Assembly (NCBI GenBank): GCA_046538485.1
Contig: JBKHIT010000058.1
Span: 1 to 33,046, forward strand
DNA from: Candidatus Brocadiia bacterium
GTDB taxonomy: Bacteria > Planctomycetota > Brocadiia > SM23-32
Reading direction: 5' to 3'
DNA: 33,046 bases
Part shown: positions 1 to 9,831 of the stretch, piece after piece
Layout: every line of letters begins with the position of its first letter
How positions within the stretch are numbered: position 1 is the first letter of the stretch
Position numbers and translations under genes: made by a program
Notes under the pieces: model-generated
What the model was told of the DNA's origin: nothing
The model's database searches: none
The model's input: only the letters and a program-made list of their open reading frames with translations

Positions 1-727
1 GGATCCAGGAATCAATAGTGAGATAAATGTCATGTCCGTTCTTGGCTTTGCGGAGCGGGCGGTCACCGGGGCGACGAATGATTCGCCCGGAAGCATCACA
101 CATTACTTCTTCTTGTCCTCCAGAACTTTGCAGCAGGCGGTCAAACGTAAGCTCGATCCCCGCCAGACCGCGGCCGTCGATATCAGTGAAACCAACGATA
201 TGAGAGCAGAGCCTGCCGGTCGGATGTTGGCGATAATATTCTTTTTGAAGGTGGATTCCTTTCAGGTCGAGTCGTCTGATGGCGCGGGCCTCTGGAGGGG
301 AGATCTGACGTTTGACCCATACGAAGCGTCTATCACCGGTCAGTTTTTTGGCGAGGTGTTCCGGGTCAAGTTCGAGGAGCCGTGAGAGCCGTAATGCGTT
401 CCCTCGCGCTTCTTCGATGACGGCCGGGTCAGCGAAGACGCTCCACCGGCGAACACTCACTGCGAGCGAGCGTGCATTGCGGTCGAGTATGCGGCCCCTG
501 CGGCCTGCGAGTGAACGCCGCACGGTTTGCTGCTGCGCAGAAAGTTCGACGTAACGCTGATGATCGAGGATCTGCAGGTGGACAAGCCGGGCGATAAGCA
601 GGAGGAAGAGTATCGTCAGCGTAGTAAAACACAGGGCCGCTCTCATTTTGATGTCGCTCTGGGGAGAAGAGGGTTGAGAGAGTATTTTGCGGCTGGATGT
701 GCTGTAATTTTTTGTTTTTTTACCCAT
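1..727 (-). CDS. ftsI: Penicillin-binding protein FtsI/PBP3 family, 5' part (runs off window start)
   Basis: Manual translation of the minus strand (not in the ORF track): MGKKTK...LFLLLIARLVHLQILDH...RRGRILDRN...SVFADP...RFVWVKRQ...HIVGFTDIDGRGLAGIELTFD...GHDIYLTID. These are PBP dimerisation-domain motifs. Lies directly after ftsL. Alternative in-frame ATG at 646. Confidence 0.9.
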   Translation of the reverse strand, partial: MGKKTKNYSTSSRKILSQPSSPQSDIKMRAALCFTTLTILFLLLIARLVHLQILDHQRYVELSAQQQTVRRSLAGRRGRILDRNARSLAVSVRRWSVFADPAVIEEARGNALRLSRLLELDPEHLAKKLTGDRRFVWVKRQISPPEARAIRRLDLKGIHLQKEYYRQHPTGRLCSHIVGFTDIDGRGLAGIELTFDRLLQSSGGQEEVMCDASGRIIRRPGDRPLRKAKNGHDIYLTIDSWI

Positions 728-732
728 TGTTT

Positions 733-1065
733 TTATTGTCTCTCATTTTGTTCTTCGGTCTCAGCCGTTCGCGATGTAGACGGGACAGACGGCGTATCGG
801 GTTGTGCAAAATCAACCGTTGCTTCAGAAGGCGGATTAACCTCGAGCCCCAGCTTGTTCACCAATTGAGAGATTCGCTGGGGGCTTTTCAATTTTTCAAC
901 TTGAGCTTCATAAGTCTGTATTCGGCCTGCCATCTGTTCTTCTGCGATTTTGAGTTCTTCAAGCTCGTATCCCGCTTCCCGTACTGCTTTCGTCTGCCAG
1001 GCCAGACAAAGGGCAAGTGCGGCGATGATTCCGAGCACATAAACGATACGGATAGCACGGATCAC
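733..1065 (-). CDS. ftsL: Cell division protein FtsL-like
   Basis: 110 aa with one N-terminal TM segment, a coiled coil and LKSPQRISQLVNKLGL (FtsL-like motif). Sits between rsmH and ftsI. Confidence 0.75.
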   Translation of the reverse strand: MIRAIRIVYVLGIIAALALCLAWQTKAVREAGYELEELKIAEEQMAGRIQTYEAQVEKLKSPQRISQLVNKLGLEVNPPSEATVDFAQPDTPSVPSTSRTAETEEQNERQ

Positions 1066-1068
1066 AAA

Positions 1069-1992
1069 TCAGTCCTTTTCTGTTATCCGGGCAGCGCGCA
1101 GCTGGGCGGAGCGGGCCCGTGGATTAGCTTCAACTTCCTCGTCAGAGGGTTTAACAGGCTTGTCGGTGATGGGTTCTATAAGGTCCTGACTGCTCCAGGC
1201 GTTTTTTACGCGACGCGCTTCGAGGCTATGCCAGGTGAGTATGGCGACTCTTCCACCTGGAGCGAGCAAATCGGGTATAGCGGCCAGCAAGCGATCCAGT
1301 TCATTTAACTCTTCGTTGACGTATATCCTGAGGGCCATTGCGACCCTTGTGGCCGGATGGATTCTCCACGTTTTATCCGGGCCTCGTTTGGCATAGATAG
1401 ATTTTGCGATTTCAGCCAGTTCAGCGGTGGACGCGATCGGCTGTGTTTTTCTTCGTTTACAGATCTCTTGCGCGATAATGCGGCTGTAACGTTCTTCCCC
1501 CAGGTTTCTGAAAAGTTCAGCGAGTTCCCTCTCAGGCATTCGATTGACGACATCGTGGGCGGTGGGGCCGCCCGAAGTGTCGTATCGCATATCGAGGGAG
1601 GATTTTGAATCGAAAGAAAACCCGCGGTCCAGATCGTCAAGCTGGTGTGAACCGGCTCCGAGGTCCGCAAGGGCGAGGTCGAACCCGTCGATTGCCATTT
1701 CATCCAGAATATAAGGAGCTTCTGAGAAACGGCGGTTATAGAAGCGTGTATCGCAGGGGAGTGTATCCTGGAGGCGATCTTTAGCGAGGTGGATGGCGGT
1801 CGGATCGACATCGAGCCCCACGATCATACCCTCTCGGCTCAGCTGCCTGCCGATGGCCAGGGCGTGACCGCCCGTTCCGATCGTCAAATCAATTGCGCGA
1901 TCACCTGCATCGGGTTTGAGCAGCCGGAGCACCTCATCCACCATGACTGGCTGATGGATTCGTCGGTCTTTTTGAATTTCATTCCAAAGCAT
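1069..1992 (-). CDS. rsmH: 16S rRNA m4C1402 methyltransferase RsmH (MraW)
   Basis: HQPVMVDEV, DLTIGTGGHA, RGFSF, LDMRYD, HPATRVAMALRIYVNEEL, HSLEAR and NPRARSAQLR motifs. Start moved to ATG 1992. Confidence 0.97.
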   Translation of the reverse strand: MLWNEIQKDRRIHQPVMVDEVLRLLKPDAGDRAIDLTIGTGGHALAIGRQLSREGMIVGLDVDPTAIHLAKDRLQDTLPCDTRFYNRRFSEAPYILDEMAIDGFDLALADLGAGSHQLDDLDRGFSFDSKSSLDMRYDTSGGPTAHDVVNRMPERELAELFRNLGEERYSRIIAQEICKRRKTQPIASTAELAEIAKSIYAKRGPDKTWRIHPATRVAMALRIYVNEELNELDRLLAAIPDLLAPGGRVAILTWHSLEARRVKNAWSSQDLIEPITDKPVKPSDEEVEANPRARSAQLRAARITEKD

Positions 1993-2062
1993 AACTGTTG
2001 ACCGTAATTGGTACTTCGCGGCGCAAGACATCTACATTCCTCTGGTGGCAGACGGCGCATTT

Positions 2063-2695
2063 TTACTCCTCTGCGTCGCGCTGCGGAGGTAATTCGGACG
2101 AATTCACCGGATCCAGCACGTCAGGTCCCACTGTTTCGAAGGCATCGCGGCCCGTCGACTCGAATTTTTCGGCTTCCGACGCTCTGGCAACCGATAACCA
2201 GACGTTGTGGCTGGCCAGGACAATCTGCCCTTCCTGGCCGTCAATCCCCGCATGACCACAGAGGTGCTCTGGGATCTGGACGCGATTTTGCCGGTCGGCT
2301 TCGACAAACGTCATCATTCGGTAAAAATAATCTCTGGCAGCCCGCACTAATTCCGGATCGGTCCCCGGTGGGGGGGATTCAAAGCGTGAGATAGCTACCT
2401 GAATATTGGCAGCCGGGTAAAGGAAGATGCGATTCGCCGGACCGGGCACAAAATAGAAAGCCAGTTTCTGGCGAGCCGCGGGCGTAAGTCCTGCATCCCC
2501 ACCGACACGCCCCAGTTCTTGCTGAAGGACGCTCGCCAATCGGTCGGGGATCCGAAAACGAAAACGATCATCGAGACTCAACGACTCACGATGACCGTAG
2601 ATATGGATCAGGTCCGGGGCGACCGCTACGGGCTGTGCCGGGGAACTCTGCCCCCGAAACCCATCCAGTTCATTCTGATTCGCTTCCGCGTTCAC
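2063..2695 (-). CDS. mraZ: MraZ-like division/cell-wall cluster transcriptional regulator (divergent)
   Basis: Two SpoVT/AbrB-like motifs (LDDRFRFRIP; ADRQNRVQIPEHL). Immediately upstream of rsmH. Confidence 0.8.
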   Translation of the reverse strand: MNAEANQNELDGFRGQSSPAQPVAVAPDLIHIYGHRESLSLDDRFRFRIPDRLASVLQQELGRVGGDAGLTPAARQKLAFYFVPGPANRIFLYPAANIQVAISRFESPPPGTDPELVRAARDYFYRMMTFVEADRQNRVQIPEHLCGHAGIDGQEGQIVLASHNVWLSVARASEAEKFESTGRDAFETVGPDVLDPVNSSELPPQRDAEE

Positions 2696-2793
2696 TGGCC
2701 ACTCCTTGTGGTAGTTACGACCCTGTCGGACTTGCGCGAAAAAGGCGCTTTATCTGGAATCTTCCCTCTTTCTACCTGGGGGTACCGGAACTT

Positions 2794-2826
2794 GCACTAT
2801 GTCTCCCCCTAACCTACTATATCCAC
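2794..2826 (-). promoter_or_regulatory. Candidate MraZ-binding direct repeats
   Basis: Minus strand reads GTGGATATA GTAGGTTAGG GGGAGACATA GTGC: degenerate GTGG-like units about 10 nt apart in the mraZ leader. Confidence 0.35.
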
Positions 2827-2950
2827 CCGTTCGTATTTTTACTACACCCATTGATCACCGGATGAAAAAGGGTAACTCAGATCTAAAGCGATAATAAGAA
2901 AGACTTTGAACAAATAGATCAAGGAAAATAGTTAAGCATTTCAATAGCAA

Positions 2951-2978
2951 ATTCTACAGCTGATTGAGCGTTTGTCAA
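2951..2978 (-). promoter_or_regulatory. Sigma70-type promoter of the dcw operon
   Basis: Minus strand TTGACA (2978-2973), 16-nt spacer, TAGAAT (2956-2951), preceded by an A-tract UP-like element. Confidence 0.65.
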
Positions 2979-3585
2979 GTATTTTTTTTGCGGTTTTTTA
3001 TACCGTAAGGGAGGCAGGGGGAAGCTCAGGGGCGAATTCTGCAATATGTGGGAATGTGTCGAGGCAAGCCATGCAAGATGTTGTAGGGTGGTCCCTGAGG
3101 TGGGAATCCAAAAAAAAACGGATTTTTTGGCAAATTCTTGACATCGGGGTCAGAGAGATGGCAAGAAGGGCGGAACTGCGCCTCTTTTCCCCGGTACAGA
3201 GGTGGCCCATCAGTTCCCCTGAGTTACCCGTTTTTCACCATATTTTACCCGTTGCCTGGGAATGAGCTGTCGGACTGAATTGCGCTGGCGTTTTCCTTGC
3301 AGTAGAGTCGGCCGGACCCGAGATGCGTAAAGATCCGGGACACCACACTGTTTATTCGGCCTGGAAGTTTATGTGCCTTGTGAAGGTCGGCGCTGTATGA
3401 ATGCCGAAATCCGTGGCGTATTTTCTCGGAACCCTTAATGCTCCACGCCGGTCGGGAAAAGCGGTGGCTCTCGCCAGGAGAGGGATGGCTGTTTTCGGAA
3501 GATCGAGCCGATCAGGAATGCTGGACTTGGATTCAGCGCTTAATGCCATTACAATCTGACTGGTTTTGAGCAAAAGGATGGTAAT

Positions 3586-4026
3586 GTGATTATCATGGCA
3601 CTCGATCATGGTGAAAGACGCATCGGCGTGGCCGTAAGTGATCCTCTTGGAATTGCGGCTCATGCTGTTACGACCATTGATGCGGGAGAACGGGGTACGC
3701 AGTTAGATGAATTATGCGATTTGGTCCAAGCCAGGAATGTGAAAAAGATTGTTGTGGGGATGCCGGTGATGATGTCCGGGGAAGAAGGTGCGCGTGCGAG
3801 ACAGGTAAGAAGCTTTTTAAAGGAACTTCGACGCAGAATTCCCGGGGTGCCTGTCGAAACCATCGACGAGCGTCTGACCAGCGCTCAGGCCCACCGTTCA
3901 CTGTCCGAACAGAAGGTCAACTTGCGAGAAAGAAAACGCCGGGTCGATCAGGTCGCCGCTCAAATGATATTGAGACGTTACCTGAACCGCATACGAAGTC
4001 AAAACTCAGGAAGCGAAGAGAAATAA
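3586..4026 (+). CDS. ruvX: YqgF/RuvX family nuclease
   Basis: ALDHGERRIGVAVSDP, IVVGMP, DERLTS, VDQVAAQMIL motifs. Confidence 0.95.
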   Translation: MIIMALDHGERRIGVAVSDPLGIAAHAVTTIDAGERGTQLDELCDLVQARNVKKIVVGMPVMMSGEEGARARQVRSFLKELRRRIPGVPVETIDERLTSAQAHRSLSEQKVNLRERKRRVDQVAAQMILRRYLNRIRSQNSGSEEK

Positions 4027-4048
4027 ATCAGAAAGGAGACGGGGACAA

Positions 4049-4477
4049 ATGTTGAAGAACGTTCCGCCGCTGATTTCACCGGATTTGATGCATGCTTTGA
4101 TGAGCATGGGACACGGTGACGAGATTGTGCTCGCTGACGGGAATTTCCCAGGCGCTTCGAATGCTCAGCGATTGATACGGGCAGATGGACATGAAATCGC
4201 TCCTATGCTGAAAGCTATTATGCAGTTTTTTCCTCTGGATAATTACGTCTCCCCTGCGGCTTTGGTGATGGAAGTGTTGCCGGACGATGATGTTGACCCT
4301 GTTATCTGGAACGATTATTGTCGTATTCTGGCCGATGCAACCGGGAAAAAAATAGCGTTAGGACAAATGGAACGGCATGAGTTCTACGAGCGTGCACGAA
4401 GCGCTTTTGCAATAGTGGCCACGGGTGAAGGTGCCCTTTACGCCAATCTCATCCTCGTGAAAGGGGTCGTTGCCTGA
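4049..4477 (+). CDS. fucU: RbsD/FucU family L-fucose mutarotase
   Basis: MLKNVPPLISPDL, MGHGDEIVLADGNFP, FYERAR, ATGEGALYANLILVKGVV. AGGAG RBS upstream. Confidence 0.9.
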   Translation: MLKNVPPLISPDLMHALMSMGHGDEIVLADGNFPGASNAQRLIRADGHEIAPMLKAIMQFFPLDNYVSPAALVMEVLPDDDVDPVIWNDYCRILADATGKKIALGQMERHEFYERARSAFAIVATGEGALYANLILVKGVVA

Positions 4478-4630
4478 AGTAATGTAAAAAGTTTTTAAGT
4501 CCATGCCGGGGCGGAAGTCAATCGGTGGCTGCACGCACCGAAGAGTTTAGGTATAATAAAAATGGTTTTTGGGCTGTATATTGGTCCTTTCCGTCAGATT
4601 GGTGAACAAGTCCGGTGAACAGGAGGTGTT

Positions 4631-5458
4631 GTGAGCGATAAGAAAAACCCACCAGATTCAAAGGACGTGGCCCCCGAAGAACGCGACCATGCATTGCTGT
4701 CCTGCAGGCGTATCGGCGTAACTTCGATGATTGTGGCCGGTGTTATTGTGATATTATTCACGGTCGCCAGTACGATCTGGAATCCACCTGCTATTGCCCG
4801 GGTTTTACTCGGCGGGCTTGCGGTATGGTTTTGTTTTGCATCTATCTATGCGGTGCAAAAGTTGTATCAGATCGCCGACAGGGGAATTCACCGTCTCAAA
4901 GATATGGCGATTATTGATGAGGAGTCGTGGGCGTTTGAATACCCGTACATTCAAAATCGTTTACAGGAAGAAGAAGCTCGCATTGATCGCCATGGCGGGG
5001 TAGCCAGCCTGCTGTTTGTGGACGCCGCGGGGTTGCACAAAACAGGAGAACGCTTCGGCTCTTTGGACAGGAGTGCAGTTCTGAAAGATATAACCGAGAT
5101 AATGTTCCGCAACATGCGGAAGTCAGATGTTTTGGCCCGGATCAGTGAGGGTATATTTTTGATTCTTTTGCCTGAAACCGATCGTGCGAGTGCACGAAAA
5201 GTGGCTGAACGTATGTGCTCGGCCGCAGAAAACTACCGTCATAATGCGCGCCCCGGCGGAAAAGTCGACTATGTTCGTTTCACGATAGGCGTTGCGAGTT
5301 ATCCATTCAATGGTGAGACGATAAACGGTGTGCTGAGGGCGGCTCGGGAAGCAATGGAAGATGCAATCAGGGACGGGGGAGGTATGACGGTCATTTCAGG
5401 ACAGTTTTTCAAAGGCGACCATAACGCAGAAAATCTGATAAAGCAGATCCGCGAATGA
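4631..5458 (+). CDS. Membrane protein with degenerate GGDEF domain
   Basis: Two TM segments followed by a GGDEF-fold region (RKSDVLARISEGIFLILLPET; TIGVASYP) whose signature reads SEGIF. AGGAGG RBS before the GTG. Confidence 0.8.
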   Translation: MSDKKNPPDSKDVAPEERDHALLSCRRIGVTSMIVAGVIVILFTVASTIWNPPAIARVLLGGLAVWFCFASIYAVQKLYQIADRGIHRLKDMAIIDEESWAFEYPYIQNRLQEEEARIDRHGGVASLLFVDAAGLHKTGERFGSLDRSAVLKDITEIMFRNMRKSDVLARISEGIFLILLPETDRASARKVAERMCSAAENYRHNARPGGKVDYVRFTIGVASYPFNGETINGVLRAAREAMEDAIRDGGGMTVISGQFFKGDHNAENLIKQIRE

Positions 5459-5481
5459 TTTAACGTTCCCCAAAGCCTTTT

Positions 5482-6618
5482 TTATTGTCCGCTCGGCGGT
5501 CCGACGGGCATGGTGCTTTCGTGTAGTATCCATCCGGTATCCCCCTTGGCAGGGTTGCTCCACACCGACAACAACCCGACGATGTGTTTGCCATCGGCGT
5601 CAAGATAAGCCCGGAGACATTTGATTCCGTGTCCCCCCACCGCCAGCCGTGTGATTTCGGGCTGCTTTCCGTAGAGTTCCCATTTGAGCCCATCCTTTGA
5701 CCATAGATGCCAGATGCACTGAGGCGGCCAGCCGTCTGTAAACCACAAATGCCATTCTTCGGGGCGCGCACGTACCACGTTGATCCATGGACCTCCTTTT
5801 TTGGGGCCATCAGGATCGTCCGGCAAAAGATCACGTATCTTGCCATCAGGCCCGCGCCGGAATTTCCACGGACCTTTGAGTGATTTTGCTTCCAGGGCGC
5901 CAATCGCGGGCCCAAAACCGTTGATATAGAGGCGCCACGATCCATCATCAAGCTGGTGCAGCGAACCACCGTCACTCCAGACTTTCCGCTTTTTCGCAAT
6001 GACCAGCGGATCTCCCTCGAGCTTTCCCTTGTAGCTCCAGGTCCCGGCCTTCCCGCTGGGTGATCTCGCAAGCGCTGGAAGCAGAGGAACGGAACCGGGA
6101 TAGTAGCCGGGACATACGCAGCACGCTAAGACGTAGCCGACTTGCTCATCGTAATACATCCAGGGACGGGTAATACCACGCTCGGGCGAGAGGGTATCGG
6201 GATTCTTGGGATCGCGGACATCGTCAATGATAGAAGAATCAAAGACGGGCTGCGCTTCCCCGAGATGCTGAAGATCCCGGCCGCGATGGACAACTATCTG
6301 CCGGTCATCCAGGTCTTTGCCCCATGTGTTGTACCATAATTCGTAGGTCCCCTTGCGGATAACAACTGTGACATACGAGGCATGAATCCCGATCGGTTTA
6401 AAAGGTTCGCGCCAGTAACGCAGCCCGTCGGCCGGAGGATTCCCCGGGAGTTCTTTTTCCAGAGGGAACTGTTCGAGTTCGTCGGCACCAACGGTCAATT
6501 CATCCGCTCCTTGGATGCTCAAAACGGGTGTCGCGCCAATGACCAGCAGGACGATAACCCGCGACCAACAGTGAAACAGGGCCCATCTGTTCTCATTCTG
6601 TAGGATGATGTTTGACAT
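5482..6618 (-). CDS. Hypothetical exported protein, possible beta-propeller glycoside-hydrolase-like fold
   Basis: Long ORF with a hydrophobic N-terminus and repeated W/Y-rich blade-like units (SPSGKAGTW, AKSLKGPW, SKDGLKW). Start uncertain (ATG 6618 chosen). Confidence 0.6.
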   Translation of the reverse strand: MSNIILQNENRWALFHCWSRVIVLLVIGATPVLSIQGADELTVGADELEQFPLEKELPGNPPADGLRYWREPFKPIGIHASYVTVVIRKGTYELWYNTWGKDLDDRQIVVHRGRDLQHLGEAQPVFDSSIIDDVRDPKNPDTLSPERGITRPWMYYDEQVGYVLACCVCPGYYPGSVPLLPALARSPSGKAGTWSYKGKLEGDPLVIAKKRKVWSDGGSLHQLDDGSWRLYINGFGPAIGALEAKSLKGPWKFRRGPDGKIRDLLPDDPDGPKKGGPWINVVRARPEEWHLWFTDGWPPQCIWHLWSKDGLKWELYGKQPEITRLAVGGHGIKCLRAYLDADGKHIVGLLSVWSNPAKGDTGWILHESTMPVGPPSGQ

Positions 6619-6999
6619 GATGCTACGAGGGAAACGTACTGCACCCGCCGCGTCAAGTGACTGCTGGAAATCCGGAAAATTTGAAGTGGCGGTTGACGCT
6701 TTCGGCAAAAAGGATCTCCGCTGATAAAGAGCTAGTTATGCCAAAAAAGAAGTCGCAGACCTAACCTGGACTCCGCCCCGGCCGATTTCTTCGGGGGATT
6801 GGTACCAGCGCCGGCATCAGGTCATTGCCGGAACGACCGAGACCCCGGATGGGGTTGCAGTTGGGGTATGAGAATACGCCGGCCTTTGCCTTCCGCGCAG
6901 CTGCAGCACTGGCCCCGCTTGAGAAAAGCGGCCTGACCTGCGTCGGTAAGATGCAGGCGAGACAAATAGGCCCCATAAGTCTCATACGAACCGTCCGGC

Positions 7000-8277
7000 T
7001 TACCGTGACAAGCCCGATTTTTTGACAAGTTCCACGGCACAATCGGCGAGCATATCACCGGCTTCAGGGGCCAGGCGGCTGTGGTTGCTGAAGGTGGTTT
7101 CGTAGCCGCCGCGCTTGAAAGCTTCCGCGTGGGGTACGTAGCCGACCATCCCGTTGGCATGGCCCACAATCAGTGTGTGGTCCGGCCAGGTGTCTTCTTT
7201 GATCCGGAGGCCGAGTTGCACGAAATATTCGGCCGGAACCCCGACCCAGGCAGTATCCCCAGCCCGGAGAACCTGCACTTCGGCCGGTTGTTGCCCCATT
7301 TTGTTGATACGTTTCAGCACGCGGGGCATCATGCGGTCGTAGACTTCGGGGTCAACGAACCGCTGGGCTCCCTCAACCGTTCCCTGGATTTGGTCCTCCG
7401 TCGGTTCCCGAAATGGCAACTGGACTGTCCGGCTGGTGGCATTCAACTCGAAGTTGGTCGACCATTCCACGATTCCCAGAATATCCACGACGTCCCGGGT
7501 GAGGATCTCGCCGATTTCTTCCGGTTGGCGTCCCCGACCGGTGCGGGGATCGGCATCATGGATGTTCCCGGAAGCGCCGTTGAGAAATACGGTGACGGGA
7601 CAGTCCTGCTTTTTCATTGACCGGGCGAGCGCGCCCGGATAGCCGGCGGACAGATCGGGCCCGTTCCCATGGTGGGTGGGATGGCAGGTAAAATTGACGA
7701 GGCAGCCGAGCAGATTCCCATCGAGATCCCGCGCGGCCAGCACGGCCACTTCGGGATTGATCGGTCCTTCAAAACAAAGGGCCAGTGGATTGCTGAAACG
7801 ACCATGGGTCTTAACCGTTCCGTCGCGCATGACCACGCGCCGATTGTGACTGACTTCGAACTCAAAATCGTGTCCGAATGCCAGTTCAGCATCTTCCAGG
7901 GAGTTAAGAGCCTGACCGAAACCGTGCACCACTTTTTCGGTCAGGTCTTCGACATACTTCTCGTCGCGTTGCACGTCACCGAGATTGGCCACGGCAGGGC
8001 CGGCATGATTATGCGTGGCCGCAACCATGACACCCGAACCGGGCAAGCCGTACTGTTTCTCGACGCGGCGTCTGATTTCGTCGACCTGGGTCCAACGAAT
8101 CGAGAGAGTATCCAGCGAAACGAAACCTAGGCAACTTTCGTTGGATTCGAAGATCCCTATCCGCGCGGAGAGGGGGTCGCGGACATTCTCGGCGATGAGC
8201 TTTTTAATCCATCCGATCTTACGGGTACCGACCGCCGGGGTGATATCGGTTTCGGCAAAACCGGCCCGGAGTGTCAT
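7000..8277 (-). CDS. Neutral/alkaline ceramidase N-terminal-domain-like amidohydrolase
   Basis: AGFAETDITP, ATHNHAGP, NFTCHPTH, NGASGNI, GYVPH...GGYET motifs. AAGGAGG RBS. Confidence 0.85.
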   Translation of the reverse strand: MTLRAGFAETDITPAVGTRKIGWIKKLIAENVRDPLSARIGIFESNESCLGFVSLDTLSIRWTQVDEIRRRVEKQYGLPGSGVMVAATHNHAGPAVANLGDVQRDEKYVEDLTEKVVHGFGQALNSLEDAELAFGHDFEFEVSHNRRVVMRDGTVKTHGRFSNPLALCFEGPINPEVAVLAARDLDGNLLGCLVNFTCHPTHHGNGPDLSAGYPGALARSMKKQDCPVTVFLNGASGNIHDADPRTGRGRQPEEIGEILTRDVVDILGIVEWSTNFELNATSRTVQLPFREPTEDQIQGTVEGAQRFVDPEVYDRMMPRVLKRINKMGQQPAEVQVLRAGDTAWVGVPAEYFVQLGLRIKEDTWPDHTLIVGHANGMVGYVPHAEAFKRGGYETTFSNHSRLAPEAGDMLADCAVELVKKSGLSR

Positions 8278-8288
8278 GGATACCTCCT

Positions 8289-9554
8289 TCAGTTTTCGGG
8301 GAGCTGGTCGAGATTCTCCATGACTTTTCGAATCCCTTCGGCGGTTAATTCTGCGACTTCAGGTCCGTTGGGGGGGCGGAGGGGTGTGGTGAGACCGGTA
8401 TGCATGTCGCAGTGTTTTTGTGCTGCGGGATACTGATCCACCGAATAGTCGACCTCTTTGGCCTGGGGGCAGTTCCACGGGCAGCCGCCGCCGTAGCCAT
8501 TTTTGGCCTGGAAAACCGTCATCGCCGGAAGTATAAACCGCTGCCAGAGTCCCGTATCGACCCCTTCGGCTTTCATGGCGGAGACGATTCTGTCGCGTAG
8601 CGCCGGAATCTCGTCCGATTCGGCGAGATCATCCAGTTGAAAACGGATGGTGTAATTGTACCAGTTGTGTTCTGCGCCTTCGATTTCCGTTGGCAGGATG
8701 AGGCGGGGCACTTCTTCGAGGCATTCGGTGAAACGGGCGGCGTTTTCTTTCTGTTGTTCCAGATATCCATCGAGTTTTTTCAGCTGAGATCGTCCAAAGG
8801 CGGCTCCGAGATCGTCGTTGCGGTACATCCAGCCCAGCGCGTAGACGTGGTAGTCGCGATCTTCGAGCGGCGTTCGGGTTTCCCCGAAGCACCAGACCTG
8901 TTTGGCGGTATTCAGCATGTCTTCATCGTCAGTGACAAACATACCGCCTTCACCGGCGCAGAGGCATTTGTTCTGATTGAAGCTGAACGCGGCGCAATCA
9001 CCCCATGTCCCGACCTTTTTCCCCTGGAACGTCGCCCCGTGCGCCTGACACGCGTCCTCAATGACTTTCAGATCATGTTTGCGGGCGACCTCCATGACTT
9101 TTTCCATGTCAACGGCGAGGCCGTGCAGGTGGACGACGAGGATGGCTTTGGTGCGTGGAGTGATGGCGTCTTCGATCTTGTCGACGTCGATATTTATGGT
9201 GTCAAAATCGATATCTACGAAGACGGGGATACAGTTATGGTGCAGCACGCAGGTAGCCGAAGAGGACCACGAGTAGGCGGGCACGATAATCTCATCGCCC
9301 GCTCCACCACCGCAGGCCGCCACGCACATGTGCAGGGCCGCCGTCCCGGAATTAGTGGTGATGGAATATTCGTTTCCATTCCACTCCGCGAATTCTTCCT
9401 GGAAAGCTTTGCAGTTGGGTCCGAACGCGTGACTATCGCCTTCCAAAGACGCCATGACCATCTCCCGGTCGGTGTCATCGATGGGAGGCCAGTTTTTGAC
9501 AGTTCCCTCGGGGATTGCTCGGTCCCCGCCGTTGATCGCGAGCTTTTCGGTCAC
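8289..9554 (-). CDS. DegT/DnrJ/EryC1/StrS family PLP aminotransferase
   Basis: KLAINGG, NSGTAALH, VIEDACQAHGA, FSFNQNKCLCAGEGG motifs. Likely GTG start at 9554 after GGAG. Confidence 0.93.
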   Translation of the reverse strand: MTEKLAINGGDRAIPEGTVKNWPPIDDTDREMVMASLEGDSHAFGPNCKAFQEEFAEWNGNEYSITTNSGTAALHMCVAACGGGAGDEIIVPAYSWSSSATCVLHHNCIPVFVDIDFDTINIDVDKIEDAITPRTKAILVVHLHGLAVDMEKVMEVARKHDLKVIEDACQAHGATFQGKKVGTWGDCAAFSFNQNKCLCAGEGGMFVTDDEDMLNTAKQVWCFGETRTPLEDRDYHVYALGWMYRNDDLGAAFGRSQLKKLDGYLEQQKENAARFTECLEEVPRLILPTEIEGAEHNWYNYTIRFQLDDLAESDEIPALRDRIVSAMKAEGVDTGLWQRFILPAMTVFQAKNGYGGGCPWNCPQAKEVDYSVDQYPAAQKHCDMHTGLTTPLRPPNGPEVAELTAEGIRKVMENLDQLPEN

Positions 9555-9831
9555 TTCGATTTCTCCCTGTTGGAGGATTACTTTTCGCAAACGATTTTCT
9601 AAGAATGGAACATAAATTCGACGCTTTGTCCAGTCCGATCGCGGGATCGGGCTCGGTTCAGAGCAAAAATGCCCTAAAGATCAAAAGGGGCGGAAAGGAC
9701 AAGGGCCCCCAAATGTCACGCGCGTCCATTGGTGAGTGGCTTGCAACCGCTTTCAGGCTGTGAGCCGGGTTGGCGGACCCGAGCTGGCGTTTTGTTACGG
9801 TCTCCGTTTCCACTGCGAAGCACACACCATT

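Noticed and set aside
1..727. Truncated ftsI pseudogene
   Set aside because: The frame is open to position 1, so the truncation is only the window edge.
2980..3585. rnpB, tRNA or other known RNA gene in the long mraZ-ruvX gap
   Set aside because: No GAGGAAAGTCC, T-loop or riboswitch consensus was recognised, and the short ORFs here look spurious.
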